Shown here: piece by piece, positions 1-8,981 of the stretch
Layout of the letters: each line of letters begins with the position of its first letter
Numbering within the stretch: the first letter of the stretch is position 1
Program-made: the position numbers and the translations under genes
Notes under the pieces: model-generated
Database searches by the model: none
The model's input: the letters and a program-made list of their open reading frames with translations, nothing else
Told to the model about the DNA's origin: nothing
IMG/VR virus record: IMGVR_UViG_2548876696_000013
DNA: 16,659 bases
DNA from: a virus
Lineage: Duplodnaviria > Heunggongvirae > Uroviricota > Caudoviricetes
Strand: one strand, 5' to 3'

Positions 1-1461
1 ATGAAAAAATTACTGCGTCTTTTTTTCCCGCTCTCGCTGCGGGTACGTTTTCTGTTGGCAACGGCAGCGGTAGTACTGGTGCTTTCGCTTGCCTACGGAA
101 TGGTCGCGCTGATCGGTTATAGCGTCAGTTTCGATAAAACTACGTTTCGGCTGTTACGTGGCGAGAGCAATCTGTTCTATACCCTTGCGAAGTGGGAAAA
201 CAATAAGTTGCATGTCGAGTTACCCGAAAATATCGACAAGCAAAGCCCCACCATGACGCTAATTTATGATGAGAACGGGCAGCTTTTATGGGCGCAACGT
301 GACGTGCCCTGGCTGATGAAGATGATCCAGCCTGACTGGCTGAAATCGAATGGTTTTCATGAAATTGAAGCGGATGTTAACGATACCAGCCTCTTGCTGA
401 GTGGAGATCATTCGATACAGCAACAGTTGCAGGAAGTGCGGGAAGATGATGACGACGCGGAGATGACCCACTCGGTGGCGGTAAACGTCTACCCGGCAAC
501 ATCGCGGATGCCAAAGTTAACCATTGTGGTGGTGGATACCATTCCGGTGGAGCTAAAAAGTTCCTATATGGTCTGGAGCTGGTTTATCTATGTGCTCTCA
601 GCCAATCTGCTGTTAGTGATCCCGCTGCTGTGGGTCGCCGCCTGGTGGAGTTTACGCCCCATCGAAGCCCTGGCAAAAGAAGTCCGCGAACTGGAAGAAC
701 ATAACCGCGAATTGCTCAATCCAGCCACAACGCGAGAACTGACCAGTCTGGTACGAAACCTGAACCGATTGTTAAAAAGCGAACGCGAACGTTACGACAA
801 ATACCGTACAACGCTCACCGACCTGACCCATAGTCTGAAAACGCCACTGGCGGTGCTGCAAAGTACGCTGCGTTCTCTGCGTAGTGAAAAGATGAGCGTC
901 AGTGATGCTGAACCGGTAATGCTGGAGCAAATCAGCCGCATTTCACAGCAAATTGGCTACTACCTGCATCGTGCCAGTATGCGCGGCGGGACATTGCTCA
1001 GCCGCGAGCTGCATCCGGTCGCCCCACTGCTGGACAATCTCACCTCGGCGCTGAACAAAGTGTATCAACGCAAAGGGGTCAATATCTCTCTCGATATTTC
1101 GCCAGAGATCAGCTTTGTCGGTGAGCAGAACGATTTTGTCGAGGTGATGGGCAATGTGCTGGATAATGCCTGTAAATATTGCCTCGAGTTTGTCGAAATT
1201 TCTGCAAGGCAAACCGACGAGCATCTCTATATTGTGGTCGAGGATGATGGACCCGGTATTCCATTAAGCAAGCGAGAGGTCATTTTCGACCGTGGTCAAC
1301 GGGTTGATACTTTACGCCCTGGGCAAGGTGTGGGGCTGGCGGTAGCCCGCGAAATCACCGAGCAATATGAGGGTAAAATCGTCGCCGGAGAGAGCATGCT
1401 GGGCGGTGCGCGGATGGAGGTGATTTTTGGTCGCCAGCATTCTGCGCCGAAAGATGAATAA
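1..1461 (+). CDS. phoQ: Sensor histidine kinase PhoQ, complete (486 aa)
   Basis: Full-length ORF. Translation shows two TM segments flanking a periplasmic sensor domain with the acidic patch EDDDDAE, an H-box ([10 protein letters not shown]) and ATP-binding G-boxes ([15 protein letters not shown]). Recognised from memory as enterobacterial PhoQ; not verified by search. Confidence 0.95.
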   Translation: MKKLLRLFFPLSLRVRFLLATAAVVLVLSLAYGMVALIGYSVSFDKTTFRLLRGESNLFYTLAKWENNKLHVELPENIDKQSPTMTLIYDENGQLLWAQRDVPWLMKMIQPDWLKSNGFHEIEADVNDTSLLLSGDHSIQQQLQEVREDDDDAEMTHSVAVNVYPATSRMPKLTIVVVDTIPVELKSSYMVWSWFIYVLSANLLLVIPLLWVAAWWSLRPIEALAKEVRELEEHNRELLNPATTRELTSLVRNLNRLLKSERERYDKYRTTLTDLTHSLKTPLAVLQSTLRSLRSEKMSVSDAEPVMLEQISRISQQIGYYLHRASMRGGTLLSRELHPVAPLLDNLTSALNKVYQRKGVNISLDISPEISFVGEQNDFVEVMGNVLDNACKYCLEFVEISARQTDEHLYIVVEDDGPGIPLSKREVIFDRGQRVDTLRPGQGVGLAVAREITEQYEGKIVAGESMLGGARMEVIFGRQHSAPKDE

Positions 1462-1583
1462 ATATGTCCTTTTATCATTACACCAGGTCAAGTCATTGAT
1501 TTAATTAAACAATTATCATTGAAAAAGTGCCAAAAATCGCAAATTGACTACACCATTAACTACACCGTTCGGTGCACTGTATG

Positions 1584-1609
1584 AAACAACGTGGAACAAA
1601 TAGACACAA
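1584..1609 (+). repeat. Three 10-bp-phased NNACAA hexamers (AAACAA-cgtg-GAACAA-atag-ACACAA); candidate recombination-directionality-factor or regulator binding array near the island terminus
   Basis: Hexamers at 1584, 1594 and 1604 with exact 10-bp spacing. The 14-mer ACAACGTGGAACAA at 1586-1599 is identical to the one at 9161-9174. Confidence 0.5.
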
Positions 1610-1895
1610 GAAATATACAGGCGGGTAATCTTTCCAGGGGGAAGCGCACCAATTCATGAGGGGCGTTAATGTCGATATGGGGATCCCCATAACGGGGCTA
1701 CCGGATTTTTTTTCCGGTTAACATTTAATCAGGCTGGTGGGTTTTACATACCCTTGATCACCGTAATGATGATCCAGATGTGCACCTTTTCCACCAATGG
1801 CGGAAAGCTCCAACCGTAACGATGATCGCTATGGTTGCCTCGATGGCCTGCGTGGTCATTATGACCATTCAGAATGTGAGGGATGATGTTTCCGC

Positions 1896-2291
1896 TCTCC
1901 TCAAATTGAGGTTACCGGAAATATCAACTACTTAACGATAAACTGGCGAGTAATTAAACTGCGAAAATTTCGTAGCTTGTGACTATCTGAAAGATCGTCG
2001 GTTGTTCCGGCCTCAACCGTTGGCTGTTTCCGAGAATATCAACGGGTTAGCAAAGCGCAATTTTGCACTTTGCTTTAAGTTCAACCAGTTACCGCCAGCT
2101 TCCCCCAATGGGGGATTGTGGAATAATCAACGGTTTAGGCCTTAATCATCTGCGTAAACATAAGTAATCATAATGATCATTCAGCCAGCGCAAATTTGAG
2201 CTTTGCTTTAAGTTCAGCGAGTTACAGCGCCGACTTCCTCAAATTGAGGTTGCCGGAAATATCAACCAGTTACGAGGCTCAAAATTGAGCC
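1896..2291. repeat. Terminal non-coding repeat cluster: palindromes of the form CTCAA-A-TTGAG and degenerate copies of a 12-mer GGAAATATCAAC
   Basis: Palindromes CCTCAAATTGAGG at 1899-1911 and 2237-2249, GGCTCAAAATTGAGCC at 2276-2291, degenerate GCGCAAATTTGAGC at 2188-2201. 12-mer copies at about 1917, 2031, 2118 and 2255. Two roughly 40-45 bp segments are duplicated (1896-1937 vs 2234-2275; 2051-2096 vs 2185-2228). No ORF of 60 aa or more lies in 1462-2308. Confidence 0.6.
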
Positions 2292-2308
2292 GCCTTTAAA
2301 TCAACACG

Positions 2309-2590
2309 TTACCGCCGTAACCGCTCCGGCTTCTTCCAGTGATACGTGATTTTCTCCTTCTCCCGATACAGTTCAACGCGGCGATTGTAGGCCAGCATTT
2401 CCAGAACGCGGATCCGTATGTCGCGCATATCCGCATCATTAAGCTGGATACCATCACGGCGCATCACCTCAGCAACAACACGCGCATAATTTTCGGCTGT
2501 CACGCTGTCCGGCTGCGTGGTCTGTTCGTCAGCCTGCTGGCTGATTCCAGAGACGCGGCGGATTAATCGCAGTATTTCGGCTTCTGTCAT
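2309..2590 (-). CDS. Hypothetical protein (93 aa), last gene of the packaging operon
   Basis: ORF begins 13 nt downstream of the TerL stop on the same strand, with a GAGG motif 9 nt upstream of the ATG. No family recognised. Confidence 0.55.
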   Translation of the reverse strand: MTEAEILRLIRRVSGISQQADEQTTQPDSVTAENYARVVAEVMRRDGIQLNDADMRDIRIRVLEMLAYNRRVELYREKEKITYHWKKPERLRR

Positions 2591-2603
2591 GCTGCTGACC
2601 TCA

Positions 2604-4265
2604 TTACACCCCGCTAAATTCTTCCAGTTTCTGGCGGTGGCTGTCGCTTATATCAAAAGCAAAATCCTCATGCTCTGCCTGGAATGTACCAAACGCCATC
2701 AGCGCCGCTACGCTCGGGTCTATCTTGTTCGGTGATTTTTTCTTGTTCGGCTTGATATTGGCGTTCGCGTCACTCTGCATCACGACGTTACTCATCGACC
2801 AGGACAACACCGGATCGCCACGATGCACAATCACCCTGCGGTTAACAAAAACTTCGAACGATTTCGCCGCCGGACTGAATCTGAGGTAGGTTTGCGGGAA
2901 CGGCTCCACCTCAAAACCAGCCCCCTGTAATTGCGTCCTGAGATGCGTGGCGTTCCACGTATCAAAGCCCACCAGCCTGATATTAAATTTCTCCGCATCC
3001 TGCATGATGTCATCTCTGATCCGGTCGTAATCAATGCAGTCACCTGGCGTTGTGCGTATCCAGCCCGCTTTAGCCCACTGGCGATAGACAGCGCGGTTTT
3101 TATTGGCGGGGTTCTGTAGCTGGAACTCCGGCAGATAATGACGGGAAACCAGCATGATATTTTTACCGACCGGAAAGGCATAGCACACGCTGGAAATATC
3201 GCTGGTTGATGATAAGTCCAGCCCCGCGTAACACTCCTGCCCGTGTAAATCTTCCTCCGTGAACGTTCCGGCACACTCAGCCCATGCGCCGTTACCCATC
3301 CACGGGGTAGCCCCCTGGCACCAGATATTAAATCGCTTTGTCATCATCTCCACCCATTGCGACGGAATACCCCGCGCTTTCTGGATGGTTGAGGCCAGTT
3401 TTTCACGATCCACGGAAACATCGATGTTAGGGTTAGCCTTTATCCACATCGCCGGATCATCAACCTCGTTTTCGTCGTCCAGCTCGTAAATCAGCACAAA
3501 AATTGAATCGTTGACCTCTTCGCCGTCCAGGATCTGGCAGCAATAATCATAGTGCTGTTTACAGGTTGAAACGACGTTACTGCCCGATGTGGTAATGGCA
3601 AATAACAGCCCTTCGGGACGTGCGCCCATCCCCAGCTCAAGCGCGGAATAAACGCCGTTATCGGGGTGTAGGTGGTATTCGTCCACGATGGAAAGGCTGG
3701 GGTTTGTTCCCTCGATGGTTGCCGCTTTTGCTGCCAGCGGCTTTAACAGGCTGTTGCTTTTCGGGTGCATCACCTTGTGGGCCTGAATATTCACCCGCCT
3801 GCGTAACGGTCGGGATAAAAGGCACATCTGACGCGCATCATCAAAAACGATCCGCGCCTGGTCACGGCTCACCGCTGCGGTGTAAATATCCTGCTGCCCG
3901 TTCTCCATAATCAGAAACCAGTTAGCCAGAATCGCGGCGGTCGTGGATTTCGCATTTTTGCGCGGCACTTCGATAAAGGCGCTCGTGTATTTGCGCCGTC
4001 CGGTGGCCTTAACCTTAAAGCCGAGGATGCACGCAAAGGCGAACTGCTGCCACGGCTCCAGCTCAATGGGTCTGCCACGCATCGGCCCTTTTACGTGCGG
4101 GCACACCCTGGAAAAGGCAATAAACCGCTCCACAACCTCACGATCGAACGTGTAAAGGGGGCTTTCAAGGTCCGAAAAGTACCGTTTAACGGCCTGTTTC
4201 AGCCGTTTACAGGCCGGAATTTTGCCCGTTTTTACGTCTTCTGCGTACTTATTCCAGGCGGTCAA
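2604..4265 (-). CDS. terL: Terminase large subunit (553 aa)
   Basis: N-terminal ATPase with Walker A-like VPRKNAKST and a C-terminal nuclease region; its start overlaps the 3' end of the TerS gene. Confidence 0.9.
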   Translation of the reverse strand: MTAWNKYAEDVKTGKIPACKRLKQAVKRYFSDLESPLYTFDREVVERFIAFSRVCPHVKGPMRGRPIELEPWQQFAFACILGFKVKATGRRKYTSAFIEVPRKNAKSTTAAILANWFLIMENGQQDIYTAAVSRDQARIVFDDARQMCLLSRPLRRRVNIQAHKVMHPKSNSLLKPLAAKAATIEGTNPSLSIVDEYHLHPDNGVYSALELGMGARPEGLLFAITTSGSNVVSTCKQHYDYCCQILDGEEVNDSIFVLIYELDDENEVDDPAMWIKANPNIDVSVDREKLASTIQKARGIPSQWVEMMTKRFNIWCQGATPWMGNGAWAECAGTFTEEDLHGQECYAGLDLSSTSDISSVCYAFPVGKNIMLVSRHYLPEFQLQNPANKNRAVYRQWAKAGWIRTTPGDCIDYDRIRDDIMQDAEKFNIRLVGFDTWNATHLRTQLQGAGFEVEPFPQTYLRFSPAAKSFEVFVNRRVIVHRGDPVLSWSMSNVVMQSDANANIKPNKKKSPNKIDPSVAALMAFGTFQAEHEDFAFDISDSHRQKLEEFSGV

Positions 4266-4605
4266 GCTCGTCCTCTTCTTCTGTTTCCGGTGGATTTTTA
4301 CGGCGGCTTATCGGGTCAAAACCGAGCAAAGAGGCCATTTTTATCATCACTCTTTCAGCGTCGGATTTTGCGCTTAATGCGGGGTTTCTGCTCTCGCCGC
4401 CCTGACTGTTAACAATGCTGAACCCGCGCGCCGCAAGGTCTGCAACGGCTTTCCGGTAAATGGAGTAGTTGACACAATACAGTTCCAGATTGCTCCAGTC
4501 GGCGGGGGTCAGGTCTCCCCGTTCCGCAAGCTGCCTAGATTTTTCCCGCCACTGCTTCACGGCGATATCATCCAGGTAGGCGGGGGCTTTCGGTGGTCTT
4601 GCCAT
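4249..4605 (-). CDS. terS: Terminase small subunit, P27-like family (118 aa)
   Basis: Small basic protein immediately upstream of and overlapping TerL. Sequence pattern resembles the P27 small-terminase family (from memory). Confidence 0.75.
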   Translation of the reverse strand: MARPPKAPAYLDDIAVKQWREKSRQLAERGDLTPADWSNLELYCVNYSIYRKAVADLAARGFSIVNSQGGESRNPALSAKSDAERVMIKMASLLGFDPISRRKNPPETEEEDELDRLE

Positions 4606-4893
4606 GCTTATTTTTCGCCAGATTATTTTTCAAAAAATTCCCGTGCATAAAAATTTGAGGAGGCGTTCGGTGCCCGGCGGGGTCGGGTTTGTCCTGAAAA
4701 CGCCCCCCACCCCGTCATACAGCCTCATCAGCGATTGCGGAAACATTCCATAACCTCGCGGTCACGGTCGGTTAATCGCTTCGCTGTGATGCGTTCTGCG
4801 CGTCCTGACGCTTTATCTTTATGCCCTGTTTCCTGTGTCTTCCATGCGTCACGCTGCCTTATAAGTCCACGGATAAGGCGGTTTTGTTCCCGC
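4606..4893 (-). other. Candidate cos / packaging-initiation region (non-coding gap between HNH and terS)
   Basis: 288-bp gap in an otherwise tightly overlapping operon. Contains a GC-rich stretch (4664-4720: gtgcccggcggggtcgggtttgtcctgaaaacgccccccaccccg). In HK97-like cos phages the cos site sits between the HNH gene and terS. Confidence 0.35.
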
Positions 4894-5334
4894 TCATTCA
4901 TCGGCGTCATACATCCAGTTATTGCGGTTAGCGGCCCGTTCTTCCTCTTCACGAAATCCACCTGCGGCACGCTTGCTTTTTGTTGCCGGATCAAGCCATT
5001 TCGTTTTCTGGTTATGACACGCCTGGCACAATGGCTGATGGTTCCATTCGGGCCAGAAGAGAACATCATCACCGCCATTAATCGGGATAATGTGATCCAC
5101 CACCACGGCGGGCGTATATATCCCCTTCTCAAGGCATCGCACGCATAACGGGTTTTTACTCAGATACATGGCGCGGTATTTGTCCCACTGTCTGGAATAT
5201 CCACGCGCGCGGCGGTGTCCTCGTCTGGCATCCTCTGCACGCCATGCCGCCCGCCTGTGCTCCTCACACTTGCCGGATTTAACGCGCCTGTTACAGCCTG
5301 GTTCTGTGCATCGTCTTAATGGTTGCCACGGCAT
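4894..5334 (-). CDS. HNH endonuclease, packaging-associated (146 aa)
   Basis: Cys-rich zinc-finger-like segments (CTEPGCNRRVKSGKCEEH, CVRCLEKG, CQACHNQK) and an HNH-like core (VVDHIIPI...WNHQPLC). Position directly upstream of the terminase genes. Confidence 0.85.
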   Translation of the reverse strand: MPWQPLRRCTEPGCNRRVKSGKCEEHRRAAWRAEDARRGHRRARGYSRQWDKYRAMYLSKNPLCVRCLEKGIYTPAVVVDHIIPINGGDDVLFWPEWNHQPLCQACHNQKTKWLDPATKSKRAAGGFREEEERAANRNNWMYDADE

Positions 5335-5630
5335 CAGTACACCCCCACATCACGGTAAGCCGTCCAGAGTGCGCCAATCGTCATGGGTACGCGTGTTTTT
5401 GCGTTATCCGCGACAATCTGGCGATTCTCATACAGGTGAGCGATAAACATCATGCAGCCAATCTTTATGGCTGGCGTGAACTCCAGCCCGTCATCAAAGC
5501 GCCTGCCTATATGTATCTGGCACGCCTCAAGCGATGCGGCAATGTATCCGCTGATTAACTGGTCTTCCTCGTCGCCATCGATACGGCAATGGAGTTTCAC
5601 TTCTTCCAGGGTGATAAGTTCTTCTGTCAT
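5334..5630 (-). CDS. Head-tail connector protein, gp6-like (98 aa)
   Basis: Size, position after the head-closure gene, and N-terminal LEEVKLHCRID motif typical of gp6-like connector proteins. Start overlaps the upstream stop by 4 nt. Confidence 0.7.
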   Translation of the reverse strand: MTEELITLEEVKLHCRIDGDEEDQLISGYIAASLEACQIHIGRRFDDGLEFTPAIKIGCMMFIAHLYENRQIVADNAKTRVPMTIGALWTAYRDVGVY

Positions 5631-5965
5631 TTTTCCGCGCCCTCACGACAAAGAATTTCAAGGCGTGTCCTGGCGGCATCCGGCAGCGGCTGCCCGATGA
5701 TATTCAGTACACGCCCCGCCAGCGGCCCCGTATTGACCTTTATCCGGCTGGTGGCGCTGATGTCCTTCCGGTACCGTATCCAGATCCTTACGGTACCAAT
5801 CGCCAGCTCTGCACCCGATGAAATGGCCTCCTTGCTGCTGACCATGTTCACGCTTGCCCAGAGTGTGTGACTGTCCTCCCACGTTTCGAGTATTTCGCCA
5901 GTTATATCCCTGGTCTGTTTCAGGGTCTGAATCGTTACCCTGTCACGCAGTCGCCCTATGTTCAT
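5627..5965 (-). CDS. Head closure / head-tail adaptor protein (112 aa from the internal start MNIGRLRDRVTIQ)
   Basis: The start chosen is the ATG overlapping the portal stop (ATGA at 5962-5965). The GRLRDRVTIQ motif is typical of this family. The longer ORF reaching 6007 would overlap the portal gene. Confidence 0.65.
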   Translation of the reverse strand: MNIGRLRDRVTIQTLKQTRDITGEILETWEDSHTLWASVNMVSSKEAISSGAELAIGTVRIWIRYRKDISATSRIKVNTGPLAGRVLNIIGQPLPDAARTRLEILCREGAEK

Positions 5966-7173
5966 TCCGGTTTTTCTCCCTCGCTGATTTTTACTTCCTG
6001 TTTCCATGCCTGGCTGAACTCATCACCACCATCACGCGGGGACAGCCCTTCACGTTCGCGGGCTTCGTTCGGGCACATAACGCCGGATTTGATACCGCGC
6101 TCATAGGTGGCAAAGCGTTCGCCAGGTGTGGCCCGTAACAGGTCCGCGCTGTCAAACTCCACCTGATACCGGATACCAGGTACAGGCGAGGCCACCAGCA
6201 GGGCGTTTTTTATCTGCTGCTCAAAGTTCGCCAGCCACGGGCGCATCGTCATGGTGAGAAATGCGCGGCTTGCCTCGCTGAAATTGCTGTAGGTGCTGTT
6301 GCTGTATTCCTGCAAAAAAATCGGCGAGACGTTGAACATTCGGGCGATGTCTTCAATGGTGAAGCGACGGGAGGCCAGCCATTCAGCATCCTGGTTACTC
6401 ATGCCCAGCTGCTGGTAACTCATGCCACCTTCAAGGATGGGCGTTTTTCCGGCGTTTCTGGCCCCTTTATAGCGTTCCAGTGCGGCTAATGCCTGTTTGC
6501 CCTTCACGCCGTCCAGCCATTCGCCTGACGTGATAACCCCTGCCGCCATCATGCCATCACGCATCACGCTCGCGCCGTGGCGTTGTTGGGCCAGCCCAAG
6601 CCCCAGCGATTCGCGGCAGATGGTTACAGGTGAGCGCCCCATAAAACCGTCATCCGTGGAGTAACGAAGGTGGAGAACCTCCCACGGTAAATAGTTGCGG
6701 GTGTTTCCGGTGTAGGCGTCAGTGATGCAGTAGCGCCAGTTATGCTCACCTGTCTGCTCCACGTTCACCGACTGCGGCGGGTAAGGATGTAAAGCCACCG
6801 GAAAACCATCACGCCCCCACTGAATCACCGCATAAGCATTACCGTTTAACAGGCAGTGGCGGATCATCATTCGCTTAAACTGGTAGGGGGTTTGCCATGC
6901 GTTCGGGCGCTCGTTGAGGATGTGATCGACCGGATGAGAATCAAGCCACTCGCGGGCCACCTTCCCCTTCTCATTGCGTACCAGGTACAGGTAACACGGC
7001 ATGGTAGCCACCGCCTCAGAGATGACCGTGACGGCGTTCATGACGGCGGGCAGTGATTCCGCTGTCCCCGATGATACGTACTCACCCGCCCCCGTGTTCG
7101 ATGTGCCAGCCAGCGCCATAAATTCATCAAGCGTCATGCTGCGCTGCTCTTTTTTTCTTCTGAAAGGCCACAT
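5962..7173 (-). CDS. Portal protein, HK97 family (403 aa)
   Basis: Size and position between the protease and adaptor genes; HK97-type portal sequence pattern from memory. Confidence 0.85.
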   Translation of the reverse strand: MWPFRRKKEQRSMTLDEFMALAGTSNTGAGEYVSSGTAESLPAVMNAVTVISEAVATMPCYLYLVRNEKGKVAREWLDSHPVDHILNERPNAWQTPYQFKRMMIRHCLLNGNAYAVIQWGRDGFPVALHPYPPQSVNVEQTGEHNWRYCITDAYTGNTRNYLPWEVLHLRYSTDDGFMGRSPVTICRESLGLGLAQQRHGASVMRDGMMAAGVITSGEWLDGVKGKQALAALERYKGARNAGKTPILEGGMSYQQLGMSNQDAEWLASRRFTIEDIARMFNVSPIFLQEYSNSTYSNFSEASRAFLTMTMRPWLANFEQQIKNALLVASPVPGIRYQVEFDSADLLRATPGERFATYERGIKSGVMCPNEAREREGLSPRDGGDEFSQAWKQEVKISEGEKPE

Positions 7174-7174
7174 A

Positions 7175-7747
7175 TCACACCCCCGCTAAATCCACCCACC
7201 AGCGGCGATTATCCGCACGCGGCATTTTTTCGGGGTGCTGCTCATACAGGGAACGGCGGGCCAGCTCCACGCCGGAATCAGGGTAAGCCGGAACGGATGT
7301 AACGGTAATTTCGTACAGTTCCGCCACCAGCACGGTGCGCACGCATGGTTCTGTTGTGGTATCCCATACATCCTTACGGGAACGAAAGCCAAAGCTCATG
7401 CCGGATATATCACCACGTTTAACCAGTTCGATAACGTCCCGCCCTGTGCTGGTATCCGGTGGGGTCAGTTCAAAGCGTAACCCTGTTTCGTCCTCTTCCA
7501 GTTTCAGCGTGCCGGAACGGGTACGCCCCAGTAACATGCTGTGGTCATGCTCATACAGGCCGCGAACGTCATTACCCGCCGCAAGCCATTCAGTAAACGC
7601 TCCCCGCTGGAATTTTTCGTAAAACTCACCCCATAACAGTTCTGAAAGCTTATCCCAGCGAACAACGTAGCCCGTCAGCGTACCGGCTCCGCTGGTGGTG
7701 ATTTCCGATGACCGGATTTCCATACTCTTCATAATTTTTTCACCCAT
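7175..7747 (-). CDS. Prohead maturation protease, HK97 family (start ambiguous among ATGs at 7747, 7732 and 7723)
   Basis: Conserved protease-family pattern (GYVVRWDK ... HD ... LLGRT ... GLRFE ... ISGMSFGF). The first ATG lies inside the upstream terminator tract, so the true start is probably one of the next two. Confidence 0.8.
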   Translation of the reverse strand: MGEKIMKSMEIRSSEITTSGAGTLTGYVVRWDKLSELLWGEFYEKFQRGAFTEWLAAGNDVRGLYEHDHSMLLGRTRSGTLKLEEDETGLRFELTPPDTSTGRDVIELVKRGDISGMSFGFRSRKDVWDTTTEPCVRTVLVAELYEITVTSVPAYPDSGVELARRSLYEQHPEKMPRADNRRWWVDLAGV

Positions 7748-7756
7748 AAAACACTA

Positions 7757-7776
7757 AAGGGGCTTTTAAGCCCCTT
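7757..7776 (-). terminator. Intra-operon hairpin (GGGGCTT-AAGCCCC) followed by a U-rich tract, between the capsid and protease genes
   Basis: Hairpin directly seen in sequence. On the minus-strand transcript it is followed by UUUAGUGUUUUAU. Likely a partial terminator that sets capsid-to-downstream stoichiometry. Confidence 0.5.
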
Positions 7777-7786
7777 CTGTATGCTG

Positions 7787-8944
7787 TTAATCGTCGTCCT
7801 GTGGCAGTTCCAGAATCTTGATCGCGTTCGAATCCACCACGCCACCGCCTAAATATTTCTGCGTGAAAATTTTGATGAAGCCCGGCTCTGTGAGGTTGTC
7901 CGGTCTGGTGCGAACACCTGTTTCGTGATCAACAATGTAGTAACCGCGTTTGAAGTCACCCAGGGCAATAACGTTATCAGGCATAAACTCCAGATATTCG
8001 ACCGGAAGGCCCAGCAACGTATCAGGATCACCCGCCTGTAAACGGTCGCGCCAGATGTAATCACCGTTCGCGTTCTTCACCTTCTGAAGTTTTGCCGCCG
8101 TCGTGGAGTTAACCACCCAGACCGCGTTTTTGCGGTATTTTTTACGTAATGCAAATTTCAGGTCGATCAACGGGTCCGCAGATGTCCACGCCAGAGATTC
8201 GGAAGGTTTAATTACCTGCAACGTACCAAAATCACGCTCTTTGTCGTTCTTCTCTGCACGGGGTACGGATAAAAAGCCTTTTGCTTTTTTGTCACCGTCG
8301 CCCACAACCAGATCGCTTTCTTCGGTTTCCGTGAAGGTGTCGCCAATCTCACCCGTCAGCCATGAAAGGATGTCCACATCGGAAAAATCCACGATTTCCT
8401 GTGTGGTGCGCGGGTACGCATAGACCGGATACAGCTTAATGCTCACCTCGTTAATCTGCGGGGTGCTGGTCTGTTCGCGTGTCTTACCCTCTTCACCGTG
8501 GTTAACGGTCGCACCGCCAGCGGAAACAAGCTGCTTAAACTCGTTGCTGCTGATTTTCTTCACGGTACAGATGCGGCGCATGGTGGACTCATCCGCCAGC
8601 ATTCGCATGATTTCGGTGTTCAGCTCGGGGATAACGGTATAACCACCATCAGCGGGAACGCCTGTACTTAATGCGCGGGTTTCACCCGTCAGAATGTAGT
8701 TTCGTAGTTCTGCGGGGTCAGTGGTCTGACTGCTTTTACCTGGCTTGCTGCGCTCTTCGTCTGCAATGGCTTCAAGGCGGGAAATGTCTTTATCGAGGGA
8801 TTCAGCTTTAGCGCGTAATTCGTCAAATTTTGCGCCCTCAGCATCGTTAAGACTGCGGTTTTCTTTTTCCGCGTTCTCCAGCATGTCGCGCATCTGATTT
8901 TTAATGGCGGTTTTCTGCTGGCGTAATTCGATTATTCTCGGCAT
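7787..8944 (-). CDS. Major capsid protein, HK97 fold, with N-terminal coiled-coil delta (scaffold) domain (385 aa)
   Basis: N-terminal 100 aa are charged and helical (delta-domain-like), followed by a capsid-like body. First gene of the head operon. Confidence 0.9.
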   Translation of the reverse strand: MPRIIELRQQKTAIKNQMRDMLENAEKENRSLNDAEGAKFDELRAKAESLDKDISRLEAIADEERSKPGKSSQTTDPAELRNYILTGETRALSTGVPADGGYTVIPELNTEIMRMLADESTMRRICTVKKISSNEFKQLVSAGGATVNHGEEGKTREQTSTPQINEVSIKLYPVYAYPRTTQEIVDFSDVDILSWLTGEIGDTFTETEESDLVVGDGDKKAKGFLSVPRAEKNDKERDFGTLQVIKPSESLAWTSADPLIDLKFALRKKYRKNAVWVVNSTTAAKLQKVKNANGDYIWRDRLQAGDPDTLLGLPVEYLEFMPDNVIALGDFKRGYYIVDHETGVRTRPDNLTEPGFIKIFTQKYLGGGVVDSNAIKILELPQDDD

Positions 8945-8981
8945 AAAAAAAGTCCTGGGGTTAAGTAAGGAACTCCAGGAC
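8945..8981 (-). promoter_or_regulatory. Leader hairpin plus 7-nt A/U tract directly abutting the capsid start codon
   Basis: Stem GTCCTGG (8952-8958) pairs with CCAGGAC (8975-8981). On the mRNA the hairpin is followed by U7 and then the AUG at 8944; the only purine-rich SD-like element sits in the 3' arm of the stem. Confidence 0.5.

Noticed and set aside
286-1478. Minus-strand ORFs inside phoQ (286-471, 943-1224, 1296-1478)
   Set aside because: Antisense to a full-length, clearly recognisable phoQ coding sequence.
1462-2308. A tRNA or tmRNA as the integration target next to the island end
   Set aside because: No cloverleaf-compatible segment or conserved T-loop/CCA features were found by eye in the terminal region. 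The integration site appears to be non-tRNA, though this is not exhaustively excluded without a tRNA scan.
5966-6007. N-terminal extension of the head-closure ORF (start at 6007)
   Set aside because: It would overlap the portal gene. The ATG at 5963-5965 forms an ATGA coupling junction and begins with the family-typical GRLRDRVTIQ motif.
2339-7622. Numerous 60-150 aa ORFs on the plus strand, and on the minus strand in alternative frames, inside the head and packaging genes (for example 2831-3274, 3620-3910, 4095-4412, 4728-5132, 4735-5148, 5658-5882, 7186-7392)
   Set aside because: They lie antisense to or out of frame with genes that have clear family signatures and coupled starts. Treated as chance ORFs in GC-rich coding DNA.
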